Below are positions 52,070 to 64,000 of a stretch of DNA of 64,000 nt, piece after piece. How positions within the stretch are numbered: position 1 is the first letter of the stretch; every line of letters starts with the position of its first letter. The position numbers were made by a program, and so were the translations under genes. Origin of the DNA: Eledone cirrhosa (lineage: Eukaryota). The DNA lies in contig OZ024758.1 of the NCBI GenBank assembly GCA_964016885.1, positions 2,914,001 to 2,978,000 on the forward strand, given 5' to 3'. The notes under the pieces were generated by a model that searched no databases, was not told the origin of the DNA, and saw only the letters and a program-made list of their open reading frames with translations.

Positions 52070-52253
52070 AATTCTTTCTACTATTGGCACAAGGCCAGCA
52101 ATTACCCAGTACGTTACTGATACTTTATTTTATCGACCCCGTAAGGATGAAAGGCAAAGTTAACCTTGGCGGTATTCGAACTCAGAATGGCAAGGGCCGT
52201 AACTCTATGCATCAAAGCATGACGTCCAACCCTCTACCGATACTGCCAATCCA
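52070..52253 (-). mobile_element. SINE A
   Basis: Family motifs. Confidence 0.95.
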
Positions 52254-52415
52254 AATGACAATAATTATGTATTTATATATGAATATAGTTCCAAATGTAA
52301 CTCGGCAATGATTTAATAATTATATAGAAAGATATGGAATATGGATTCCTACTTAAATCTATGAAGTAACATCAACCATATTGAATTCATATTGTTCTAG
52401 CGTGAAGGTTGATAA

Positions 52416-52621
52416 TAGGCACAAGGCCAGCAATTGTTTAGGGAAGGTGAAAGTCGTTTAAATCGACACCACTTCGTTACTGGTACTTTATTTTCTCGAT
52501 TCCCTAAGTATGAAAGGCAAAGTTAACATCGCCGGGATTTGAACTCAAAACGTAAAGGGCCGTAATTCTAAGCTGGAAAGCAGGTTGTCCGACGCTCTAC
52601 CCATACTGCCAATCCACCACC
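52416..52621 (-). mobile_element. SINE A, long tail
   Basis: Family motifs. Confidence 0.9.
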
Positions 52622-53406
52622 TATAATCTATAGTAGAACACAATAAATAACATAGGGGACATGCTTGTTTGATATTCTTAAGGGACAAATACGTCTTTTT
52701 GCTCTTTGTTTCAAATTTGTTGATACATTTATTTCTAATGTCCATAGTTTATTTTCTTCACTTTACCACTCTGAATTTATGCTCTTATAAATTAGAAATA
52801 CAGACTTTTTAAATTATTCAAATTGCTTCAATAAATCATTACACAAAAGAGATGAATTTGATAAATTTACACAATATTGAGATAACGAAATACTGTTTAT
52901 TAAATATTGAACTTTAAATCCGAGACAATTTTTGTTTTTTTATTTTCCTGAATGTTGATTTATTGTATTTGTTGCTATGTTCTGTTGTGTTAGAAATGTG
53001 TGTTAGAAATGTTTGTCACGAGCCATATTAGATATATCACTTCGCTGTACTAGGCCAAACAGAGAATTTTCTACGGAAACGAAACTACCGATTAAGAAAA
53101 TATTTTGAAATCGTATTTGGTAGTTTAGAATTATATAGAAATTAAAAGTAGCCGAGTGAGAAAATAACCTTAAATTAAGCCGTTTATATTGTCATTTTCC
53201 CTAGATTGAAATGGTTAGGGTTAGAGAGAGTTTTAGGGTTAAGGTTTAGGTTTAAGTTTAAAGTTAGAGTTAAATTTTCTCTCAAGTGCCTTATTGATAT
53301 TTCAGAATATAGTCGTTTGAAATCAATATGTAACCACAACCCATGGGAAAGTATTTATGGTCTCACCTTTTTTAACACAAATATAGCTCTTTATCTAGAT
53401 GAAATA

Positions 53407-53517
53407 ATTGTTTCTCATTTATGCACAAGGCCAACATATTTTGGGGGAGGTGAAAGTCGATTAAATCGACCCCATTACGTTACTCGTGCTTCAATTTATC
53501 AACCCCGTAAGGAAGAA
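53407..53517 (-). mobile_element. SINE A 3' fragment
   Basis: Tail and part of the central domain. Confidence 0.8.
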
Positions 53518-54606
53518 GGAAAAATTGCTTCCTTTGTCCCAGTTCACGAGATCCCCACACCCACGTGGCAAACGAATGAGGTCTGGGATCTTGTCGACCG
53601 ATCAGTGCGAGCGATAAGACCCTTAACGCAGAACACATTCCTATATGTGTGAGAAGGTCATTCTGTCTTTAGGCCGAGCTATAACCCATCTAGAGCCCTT
53701 GATATGTGAATCCAATCGTGCTCTGTTCATTCCCTACCAACAACGGTTTACTCAATTATGCATAACCAACTAAACCATTACAAACTGTTGGAATATTTTC
53801 ATAACTGAAATATCAGAGAGTATCAAAAGGTCAGAGTTAGAATGATAGAATAAAAGCAATTTCTTTGATGGTCGATAACATATAAATGACTACGTGTCGA
53901 AGTTTTCTGCACAACTAAGCTTAAACAGTACACTTGACTCTAATGGGTTAACTAAGAATATCACAAATACAAATACAAATGGTTACAACTTTTATCCATA
54001 AATGTATAAATATAAGGAAAGAACAAACAATATGGTAAATAGCTTCTATAAGTTTTAGAATATCAAAATAAACCTTGCCGAGAATCATGACATGATGGGA
54101 TATTTGAATATGTTTTTATTCAAATGCATCCTTTTGTGGAGTCCAGTCTGTGGTATAGACAAGAATTAATACATTGATTTTTTGACAAGACAAATCTATA
54201 TATTATTAAAAAGAGACAAAGCTCTGTAAGTATATACACAGACATATCTACTGGAAGCAGATATACATAAACACGGCTGTAAAAATGGACATATGAATAA
54301 TTAGACGAGCGCTATATTGTAGAATTATTTAGAAGTTACTATAATCTAGAAAATGACGACGCAAATCATGAAAGATGCATTCATAAATATATCATTCTGG
54401 CATTTCTTTAAAGTGTATTTTTAGAATTATTCATGCTTCCATCTGTTTAATATGATTACATTTTCTGCGTATTATAAATATTCACAAACGGATTTTTATA
54501 GTTTTATAGTCAAAAGTTTACATTTTCTCTATGAAGTAACTACATTCTATCACAGATGAGTTTGGGGATCACATCCACCTGTGGACTAGTTGGTCATATA
54601 CGTTCC

Positions 54607-54668
54607 AGAATGTAGATGGAGGGTTTGTGGTTTTTCTCGAAAAACCACAAAACCGCCATCTATATTCT
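54607..54668. repeat. 62-nt near-perfect hairpin
   Basis: AGAATGTAGATGGAGGGTTTGTGGTTTTTC-tc-GAAAAACCACAAAACCGCCATCTATATTCT. Confidence 0.85.
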
Positions 54669-54861
54669 ACTTTTGAAAAGCATAAGAACTGTGAAACCGG
54701 TAAAGGAAACAAATAAATATTCTTAAAAAGACTCCAGTTGCATTTTCGATTCCATCTTTTTTCCTTATATATATATATATATATATACATACATACATAC
54801 ATACATATACACACACATATATATATAGCATGTATTTCATTTTCTTATAGCATTTTAAGAG

Positions 54862-54946
54862 GGTCCGTCGAGCTGCTGATTATTGAGTCGGGTAGGATCG
54901 ATATAGCTCGAACCTTGAGATGATCAGTGGCGAAACGCGCGTCACC
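54862..54946 (+). ncRNA. Hammerhead motif with long stem II and degenerate core
   Basis: GGT-CCGTCGA-GCTGCTGATTA..TGATCAGTGGC-GAAAC-gcgc-GTC-ACC, then AATAAA at 54951. Related to 9060-9152. Confidence 0.7.
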
Positions 54947-55098
54947 TATCAATAAATGCAATGAAGGAATAATCAATCGTCCTTTTTATCCTTTCTATAT
55001 GTTACACTCTGTATAGCTCTACACATCATCACAGAAGTGAATCTAAACATCGAGTGCTCACCCGGGTGAACCTGCAGTAACTCCGAGTTATACCCACT

Positions 55099-55133
<35 letters not shown>

Positions 55134-55582
55134 TGCTAACGGTGTGAAAATATAGTTCATATAGAGTTTATAAGACATTCGAGAAAGCATCACTATGACC
55201 GTCATATTTTCAGTAACTCAGCACTAATTTTACAATAAATAAGGTAAGCATATTTTCGCAATTGTTACTGATTGCAAGATTTTATCTCATTTATTTTCTC
55301 TAGCTCACATTTAAATCCACTTTAACAAATTGCATTTTCTTTGAAAACGTTTTTATATATGTATATATAAACATTGAAGATGCTGTATACTTGAGATTTA
55401 CGTAAATGAGAGAAGATTCTCAAACATTCTAGGGCATTTAAGAAAATACATTCATTAATGTAAAATTCCTGCAGCATATCAGATAAAATGATCTGCGGTA
55501 AGTGATTTCCTTTTCCACTTAATATTTCTAGTGTTCAATAAATAACCATATACATAAATCATGTATAATAATAATGATAATA

Positions 55583-55712
55583 AGGGTTCCTACTATAGAC
55601 ACAAGGCCAGCAAATTTGAAGTGAGAGGAAAGTCGATTAAATCGACCCCAGTGCATTACTGGTACTTTATTTTATCAATCCTGTTAGGATGAAAGGAAAA
55701 GCTAACTTTGGC
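55583..55712 (-). mobile_element. SINE A 3' half
   Basis: Family motifs. Confidence 0.85.
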
Positions 55713-55929
55713 AGTTTGTTGTTGAGACACATGATTCTATCATGGCATTTTGTGGAAGGTAGGGGTAGCTGAACTTGCCAGTAGAAGAAAGAGGGAGAGG
55801 GAGTGGAGGAAAACCAGTCGAGCGTTGAAAGTGACGACTACAGCAGATTCTAAGGAAGAGGTCGAAAAAAGTATACTAGAGAGGGGAGGGAGTCGAACCG
55901 TTTCGACTTCCACCCCGTCCCCCTCTCTA

Positions 55930-55970
<41 letters not shown>

Positions 55971-56351
55971 GGCCAGTTAAGAAAGAAAAATATCGATCTT
56001 TCGTTTTGTTTTGTACATTTGAAAAGAGGGTTAGAGGGTTAGAACACAGACATATCATGTTGAAATATACTGGAGAAAACAGGATTCGTTTTGGTTTACT
56101 TGTCATCATTTGCTCTTTGTATTTATCTACCGCAGAATACTTACTTTTTGAAACTGATCTACGTACATATTTATATATAAATACATATATGATTATCTTT
56201 TTTATTACATTTCGTCATAAAATATTGTCCCTTTAGCACTGTGTCTCATCTACACACACCAACTGACTCACACAAATTATCTATTTATTTCCTCCATGCA
56301 AGAGCTTGTTATTATTTCTGTATACATATATACATTTATATGAATTTATAC

Positions 56352-56454
<103 letters not shown>

Positions 56455-57152
56455 TATAGTGATTGGGTATGTATCATGAAATATCTATTACACTTCATCA
56501 GACAGTAATTATCGGGTAGCACAAGATAGTTCTCGTAGGAAACGGAAGATATTTGTTCTTTAATGTAGCGCTTAGGTTGATACAGCATTTATAAGGTGTG
56601 ATTTTACATGAAATTCATATGTTTAGTTCAAGTTTTATCGGTTTAGGTTTATTTAACGCCATGATTTACTAAAACAGGAAACGGCTTCGTGTTCTATTTT
56701 CAGCTTATTTTCTGAAAATCTATATCATATCTGTAAAATATATAAATATTAAAACCTATCAATAACTATTGTGTAAATTCCTGCGTACACACACATACAA
56801 TTATATACACACTCACGCAAAAAACACACTCTCTCACGCAGACACACACAAAAACACACTCTCTCACATACACGTTCACTCACACACACACAGTTGCATA
56901 CAAACACACACAACCTCTCTATCTCACACATACACGTAGTTGCATACACACACATAAAAGCACTCACATACACACGATCTCCCTTTCCCACACGTACAAA
57001 CACACAAACACCAGATATAAATATAGTTATGATACAAATAACTATAATAAATTCACAAATACCTTTTCAACATCTAGTTCCAGAGCCTGGAACCTTACTT
57101 ATATAACCATACTATACTACCCCGAGTATCGAGTACTCTGGTGTGTAATCGA

Positions 57153-57185
57153 CTGACTAGTTTCTGACTGTGTCCATCTTCGGAG
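57153..57185 (-). ncRNA. Degenerate minimal hammerhead motif
   Basis: Minus strand CT-CCGAAGA-T-GGAC-aca-GTCA-GAAAC-ta-GTC-AG, adjacent to a family B-type tail (57107-57146). Confidence 0.5.
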
Positions 57186-57549
57186 GGCGGAGGAAATCAG
57201 CAGAGTCAACGGCCATCCAAATGGTACTTTTTAACATTTTTTTTACCTGGGAGTGAAAGGTCTCCAGTTGTTGTCACAACACCTATCTAGGAGAGGGAAA
57301 CACTGAAACAAACTTGAAGCTTCGGAAGTATCCGATGATGTTGACCAGTTCTCCTTTTCGGGTAGTGTTTTCGATACTCAGAGAGTGCGATTGGTCGAGT
57401 GCATGGCCTTTCTCCACTTAAAAAACGTTCAAAGCATAGGCATTGCTTGTTAAGGATGTGTTACAGGTTCGTGTGGCTGGCCGTAGCCTAAAAGTGCACC
57501 GAACTCTATAATCTGACAAGCGATTGCAATACTCTTAGCAGAGTGTGCA

Positions 57550-57599
<50 letters not shown>

Positions 57600-58186
57600 G
57601 CATGTGTCTCTGTATGTGTTTGTAGACATGCACATGTCTCCAAAAACAAATAGCATAAAATTGTGTCGTCTTCCAAATGTGAAAAACCAATAAAAGTTTA
57701 AATGTTATCAAGCATTGTGTAGCCTAAAGTTTGTTTTTACTTGTTTCTGGCAGAGCTGGTTAGGCTTCCCTGAAATGTCAATTTTTCGAGGCAACTAGAT
57801 GCCTTAAATTGACTGTATATTTTACTTCTGTAGTTGTTAAGAAAGTAATGACTGAATGATATTGAATTAAGTGCCAGAAGAAATACGACATAGACACGTA
57901 AGACAGAAACGATAAGACAAGCCAAGTAAACATTGTTGTTTTGACAGCTATAAATTCCCAATAAAAATAGATAATTGAAGTTCATTGAACAAAAGAAATT
58001 GCTTTCCATATTATTGATGGCTTGGGGAATTATTTCTATTACCAAATTAGTCTGTGAAGGGACTTGTCAATTGAATAATAAAGACCGAATTGAATTTGTA
58101 CAAAGACGCAAAGATAATTAATATTCATAAATTTATATAAGAGCTTTAAGAGACATCTGTTTGGCTTTATAAATTAATTCCATACC

Positions 58187-58238
<52 letters not shown>

Positions 58239-58251
58239 ACAAAAACAAAAA

Positions 58252-58447
58252 TGTCGATCGACTTTCGTCATATCGGACCGAGGAAACAGTGTTTCCATTG
58301 GTCTTTCCAATTGCTAGTACTATCTATCGGTCGCAACTCCAGGTAGAAGGAGCAACGTGAAATAAAGTGTTTTGCTCAAAGGCATAACGCATCACCTAGT
58401 CCTGGATTCGAACTGACAACATCACGATTGCGAATCTCTAACCAATC
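58252..58447 (-). mobile_element. CORE-type SINE family D
   Basis: Homologous to 28439-28656. Confidence 0.85.
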
Positions 58448-58530
58448 AACGACACGAGTTTACAAAGATCTCTCTTTCTCATATATATATAACGAATGAA
58501 GTGTGAGCTCCAGCCGTTTCGACAGCTGGA

Positions 58531-58645
<115 letters not shown>

Positions 58646-59264
58646 GTACGTAAATGTATGTATAAAACATATCTGAAGAGTATATTAAAAGGAGGTATGC
58701 TTATCTTTATACATATACATATATACACACATGCAAACAGGTGGATAAAATAAAAGCGAATGCTTTGATTATATTAAGAATTTTACATATGCTTTCATCT
58801 ATCAATAAATTGTGTGAAGTGAAAAGACACCAATTATGTTTAAAGGAACAGGGCTGATGAAGAGAGCGGCTTCATTTATTCTGTATACAATAAAACTATA
58901 TTAGTTTCAATATTAGTATAGACGCCCATCATATGAAACGATGAAAATATTTACCAATTTCCTACCATAGCAATTATTTTCATGAATGTGAATATAATTA
59001 AGGAATATTTATATATTGTTCAGGTGGGGTAACATATTATTACTCAAAATTTAGTGGAAGAAATAGTCAGAGATAAGTCGATGTCATCTACCAATTTCGG
59101 AACTGAACAACACATATATATTTCAATAGATTTTCAAAGGTGGTCGTGAAATATTTTCCTATTTTGAAATAATTGTTTTCTTTATCTGACATGGAAACAA
59201 AATGGAAATATTAGTCCATCAAATTAAAGATTTTAAATGTCTGTATTCTTCCTAATAGTCGACA

Positions 59265-59476
59265 GTCGATCGACAAGATCCCAGCTCTCATTCGGTTAAA
59301 GAGTGGTGTTGCGCTCATCAAATTTGACCGAGGAAACAGTGCTTCCATTTGTCTTTCCAATTGCTAATACTATGTGCCTTGCTCAATGAAATAACGCATT
59401 CCCGGTCTAAGAATCGAATTCACAACCTCACGATTGCGAATCCAATTCTCTAATCAGTCAGCCATGCGACTTGACG
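59265..59476 (-). mobile_element. CORE-type SINE family D, internally deleted
   Basis: Head and tail homologous to 28439-28656. Confidence 0.8.
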
Positions 59477-59484
59477 TGTCGAAT

Positions 59485-59651
59485 AATTGTTTCTAGTTGT
59501 GGCCAGCAATTATCAGGGTATTACTGGTACTTTATTTTATCGATCACGTAAGGCTGAGAGGCAAAGTTAACCTCGGCGGGATTTGAAGTCAGTAACTCAT
59601 TGCTGCAAAGCATGGCGTCCGGCCCTCTACCGATACTGTCAATCAACCGCC
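59485..59651 (-). mobile_element. SINE A
   Basis: Family motifs. Confidence 0.9.
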
Positions 59652-60778
59652 TAATAATGACATGATAATATACCTGCGGATTTGAAGATAAATAACATAT
59701 AATGCTCTCCCTTGTGTATTTATGTAAGCATATCAACAAAACAATCCGCTTGAGATGTCGATGCTCTCCTGTAATGGGAGACGAGGAAAATGGCCTAACC
59801 AATAGTTCCCTTATGATTTACATATAGAAAGATTTCCACGACGTATCCACGTGATACGAGAGACAAAGCTCATAGCGAGAGGAGGAAATCGAAGACTCAA
59901 TCGAAACGAAATAGATTGGACACAATTAAATTCACTCAGAGTGCCAAATAATAAGCTACACATCAACAGTTAAATCATATGGTTTCCATCTACAACATCT
60001 CAATTGAGCCGACTGGAAACTTTAGTATATAATATTCGTCACAAGTATTATGTACTGAAATGGAGACCGGAACCACGCGTAATTTTAATAACAGCGACGA
60101 TATATATTATTTTGAATATATCTGATCGCCTTCTTAATTTCATTTTGCTTAGTCCGAACTTTTAAGTCTGCTAAATTTACTTTTATACAAACAATACTTC
60201 CTTCGAAAATATTGCATTAATTTGTAATCAAAATATGTCTTGTTTATTGTCGTATATTTTTGGCAAAGTTTCCATATTATTACCTAAAGTGTAATATGAC
60301 CAAATGAATATCAGGAAAATGCTGCTGGAAATATATTCATAGCTATATTTTCTTTCCAAGAGAATATATGTATTTATATATTTAACAACATATTTTAGTG
60401 AGCAGACATTATAGTGCTTATGAATATATCTTTGACAGAAAACACACAACCACTATGGTATATTGACAGATGGAACTTAAGAATTGCACTGTTTTTATAA
60501 ACGATTGGAGCTTTGCCAATATCGCCCCAACTGTGTTATTCTTCTAATATGAAAGAAGTTAGTAATATGTTTGTCCATATTTCATATTCCCACTTAGTAT
60601 CATTATTTATATTTATTCTAGTTTGTTATTAACATTTATAAAACAAGCTCAACCAATAACATCGGGAAACAAAGAACTATCTTGGCATTCTTTGTTATGG
60701 AAATAATTTTGTTAACAAGTTCCTAACTCCGTTTAAATAAAGATGACAACTACACATGATGCAGATGTTATTATTTAT

Positions 60779-60992
60779 ATTGGCAATATCGGTAGGACGC
60801 CGGACAACATGCTTTGTGCCAGAGAGTTACGACCCTTTACGTTATGTGTTCAAATCCGGCCGAAATTAACCTTGTCTTTCAACCTTACGAGGTCGATAAA
60901 ATAACGTACCAGTCAGGAACTGAGACCGATTTAATCGACCTTCCCCTTGCCTTCAAATTGCTGGCCTTGCGCCTAAAATAGAAACAATTATT
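60779..60992 (+). mobile_element. SINE A, long tail (an extra tail fragment lies at 61088-61155)
   Basis: Family motifs. Confidence 0.9.
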
Positions 60993-61351
60993 AGTATTGT
61001 TGTTATTGTTGCTGCTGTTGGTGGTGTTGTTATAATAAAGTAAACCCAAGCTAATGAATCATAGTATTATAATTCATATATAATCTCATAAGACACATTC
61101 CACCTTCATCCCCTCTTCCAATTGCTGGCCTTGTGCCTAAACTAGACACAATTATTTATTGGAACACAGTTTAAAATAGTAATATTTTAATTATTATTCC
61201 ATCTAAGAAAAATGAGGAACCTCAAATAATGGAAATCCTGCAATATGGAATGAATTGATGATGAATATTCTATACTCTAATGAAGCTGATTATTCTTGAA
61301 GTAAGATTTATGTACATATTACATACCTAAGTTGTCTCTCTCTCTCTCACA

Positions 61352-61393
<42 letters not shown>

Positions 61394-61683
61394 TTGTTCT
61401 GCTACACAATACCATATATAGGCATTACAGGCATTATTCTATATATGTTAATGGGTTCAATATATTTCCAAGTTTGGAATATTCTGGTCTGGGTATCTTA
61501 TGAATTTATCGTAGAATACGGAGGTAAAATTATAAGGAAGTTTCGCTATATTGGAGATATTCAATTTAAACTGCGTGAAGTATTAAATTGTACCTTCTCC
61601 ATTTAAACAATTCCACAAAAAGACACAGGTGTAAGCAAGAGTCATTATTATATATAAATAAAGTACAAGAGTCATTATTATAT

Positions 61684-61973
61684 AAAATAAAGTACCAGTA
61701 ATGCACTGGGTAATTGCTGGCCTTGTGCCTAAAGTAGAAACAATTATTATATATATATAATATATATAATATATATAATATATAGTAATAATAATAAATT
61801 TGAAGACACATATAATATATATATATAATGGACGGTGGATTGGCAGTATCGGTAGAGGGTCGGACGCCATGCTTTGACGCATATAGCTACGGCCCTTGCC
61901 ATTCTGAGTTCAAATCCCGCCGAGGTTAACTTGGCCTTTCATCCTTACGGGGACGATAAAATAAAGTAGAAAC

Positions 61974-61978
<5 letters not shown>
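61684..61978 (+). mobile_element. SINE A tail (61684-61748) and tail-deleted copy (61829-61978)
   Basis: Family motifs. The second copy joins AAAGTA directly to GAAACAATTA. Confidence 0.9.
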
Positions 61979-62032
<54 letters not shown>

Positions 62033-62229
62033 AATAAAGATCGCAGGGCATATTCAGTTTATTCAGGTTTATTTAAATCTCCGTTAAATATACCACACTG
62101 AGGACCATAAGTTATGGTAGCCTGTGCTCTTCAGACGGTAAAAACTAAAATAAATATTGAAAGTTCCGAAGACACCTTTAAACTTTGGAAACATCCAATA
62201 ATTTTCTAGAAAAAGATTTTCATTTCATG

Positions 62230-62265
<36 letters not shown>

Positions 62266-63575
62266 ATGTTCATGTAGGTATGTTTGTATGTATGAATGGA
62301 TGGATTGATGCATGCCTGTATGCGTGTACGTACGTATGCATGTATAGAATGATGCATGCACACCTATATGTGTGAATATATCTAAGTACGCTAGACGTCG
62401 TTACGTGTGTTTGTATGTAATAACATGATGTCGACTTTGAATCTGCCATTAGACTTGAGGAATCGAAAACTGTTTGTGTGGTGATTTGCGAAAGAAAACT
62501 ACGCATGCTTCTTTACAGATATAACGGGATCGTGTGAAAGAAAATACACAGCTAATATCGAAGAACTGTGTCTCAGTTATTCTATAATAAAACATCTACT
62601 GCACAATGATGGCTATCACAGTTGTAGCTGCTGCGGGCTTTGTGAGATGAATGAGTGATACACAGTCACGAAAAGAGGTTGAATTGAATATATCTAGAAA
62701 CCAGGTAGAACTAATGTTGTTTGGCACCGCAATAAACATGGATGTTGTTTATTGTTAAATACAGGGTTGTATAAATACAAGCCCGTGTTATCTCGGTATA
62801 GAATATAAGAATGAAATCAGGAAGTGTACCAATATAAACATGGACTTTATGTAAATGAAGCTCTAGAAGGTAGAAAGAAGATACATAGCTGATAGAATAT
62901 GGAGGAAAGAATGGAGCTCGAAGTCATCACTTCAATGCAAAAAAGCTGACAACCGATGAAATAATATTATCTGGAGTAAATTATAATAGGAATTTGGATT
63001 GATAAATAGAAATGTCCACTATTATTTCGATCTTGTCGTACAGAGAACTGCTCAATAATAACAGTTGTGAAAATCTACCATACATCAAAGACATAGTCCT
63101 GGAACAACGATACCCAAACAGAATATATTGAGTGGGAAAAAGAATTGAAAGAAATCTAAGAAGCTTAAACATTTAATCAACAAAATCTTTAAAAAGTTAC
63201 ATTTCAAGCACCTGCCCTACCTGTGTTTCGATCCTTTCCAAAATGTGCTAATTACAAGTATTGGGTATTGTTAATCATCAAATCAGGACTAAGGACCTCC
63301 TCAGCAGATTTTCCTCACTGAAAGAGGGAGAGTGGGTGGAGAGAAAGAAAGAGAAGATCAAGGGGATCTCGGAATTCACACATCATTAAGTATAATGCTG
63401 CAATCAAACTAAATGTTTTACTTTAAACAATGCCTATGTTGACGGGTACTCTGCTACCATATATATATATATATAACCCCCCCCCTCCTGCATATATCTC
63501 TATCTCTCTCTCTCTATATATATATTAATAATAATATTCATACACATGCATATATGTCTACACATACAGACACTC

Positions 63576-63609
<34 letters not shown>

Positions 63610-64000
63610 ACGTACAGACATAAATAGACACATTTACATTTATGTGTATTAATACAACTTTGAACACGCTTTCCTTTTCTACATCTCATGTAATATATTT
63701 ATGTAGTGCTGCACTATGCGTTTGGAAATATTAGTTTCCTAACGTTACATAGAGGAAACAAGTGAAACATTAGGTCAGCTATGTTAAAGGAAAAATGCTG
63801 TCAAAACTGACAATCAATGGCGCCATCTAGGAGTAAAAAAGTGTTATGAAGATAAAAAATAAATTTCTTGAAACTTGATTTGGTATGTTTTCCCGAAGTG
63901 CATTAGGTAACGTTCTGTCTTCAGTGATGCAATTGATATTATTAACTTTCAGTCTTCTTTTTTTCCTTTTCCTATGTTTTTTCCTTCTTTTCCGCTGGTG

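Noticed and set aside
57737-58045. 102-aa ORF and other short non-repeat ORFs (53206, 61394, 62981)
   Set aside because: No recognisable domain and no splice or codon evidence; lengths are compatible with chance.
62094-62126. CACA-CTGAGGA-CCATAA/TTATGG..TGTG hammerhead-like motif
   Set aside because: The GAAA core and stem III are absent. It may be a deleted relic, but this cannot be supported.
63819-63833. GCGCCATCTAGGAG CTCF-like motif
   Set aside because: It is a single imperfect short match with no supporting context.

Overview
AT-rich, repeat-dense eukaryotic non-coding DNA, probably intronic or intergenic. The SINE types and microsatellite load suggest an octopus or other coleoid cephalopod genome (inference). 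No convincing protein-coding exon was found; almost every ORF in the track is a microsatellite or SINE artefact. The window holds about 40 copies or fragments of one tRNA-derived SINE, 5 copies of a second CORE-type tRNA SINE, 3' remnants of CRE-like (RLE), RTE and CR1 non-LTR retrotransposons, hAT- and piggyBac-type MITEs, and many micro/minisatellites. The most notable signal is a set of short elements, mostly embedded in (TA)n tracts, that carry type I hammerhead-ribozyme motifs of the minimal kind known from Penelope-like elements. One is intact (28713-28750), several are variants, including a long-stem-II family and a CAGAAGA-core family. A further family forms fold-back palindromes whose axis lies in hammerhead stem-loop II. 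All calls were made by eye, and coordinates may be off by a few bases.
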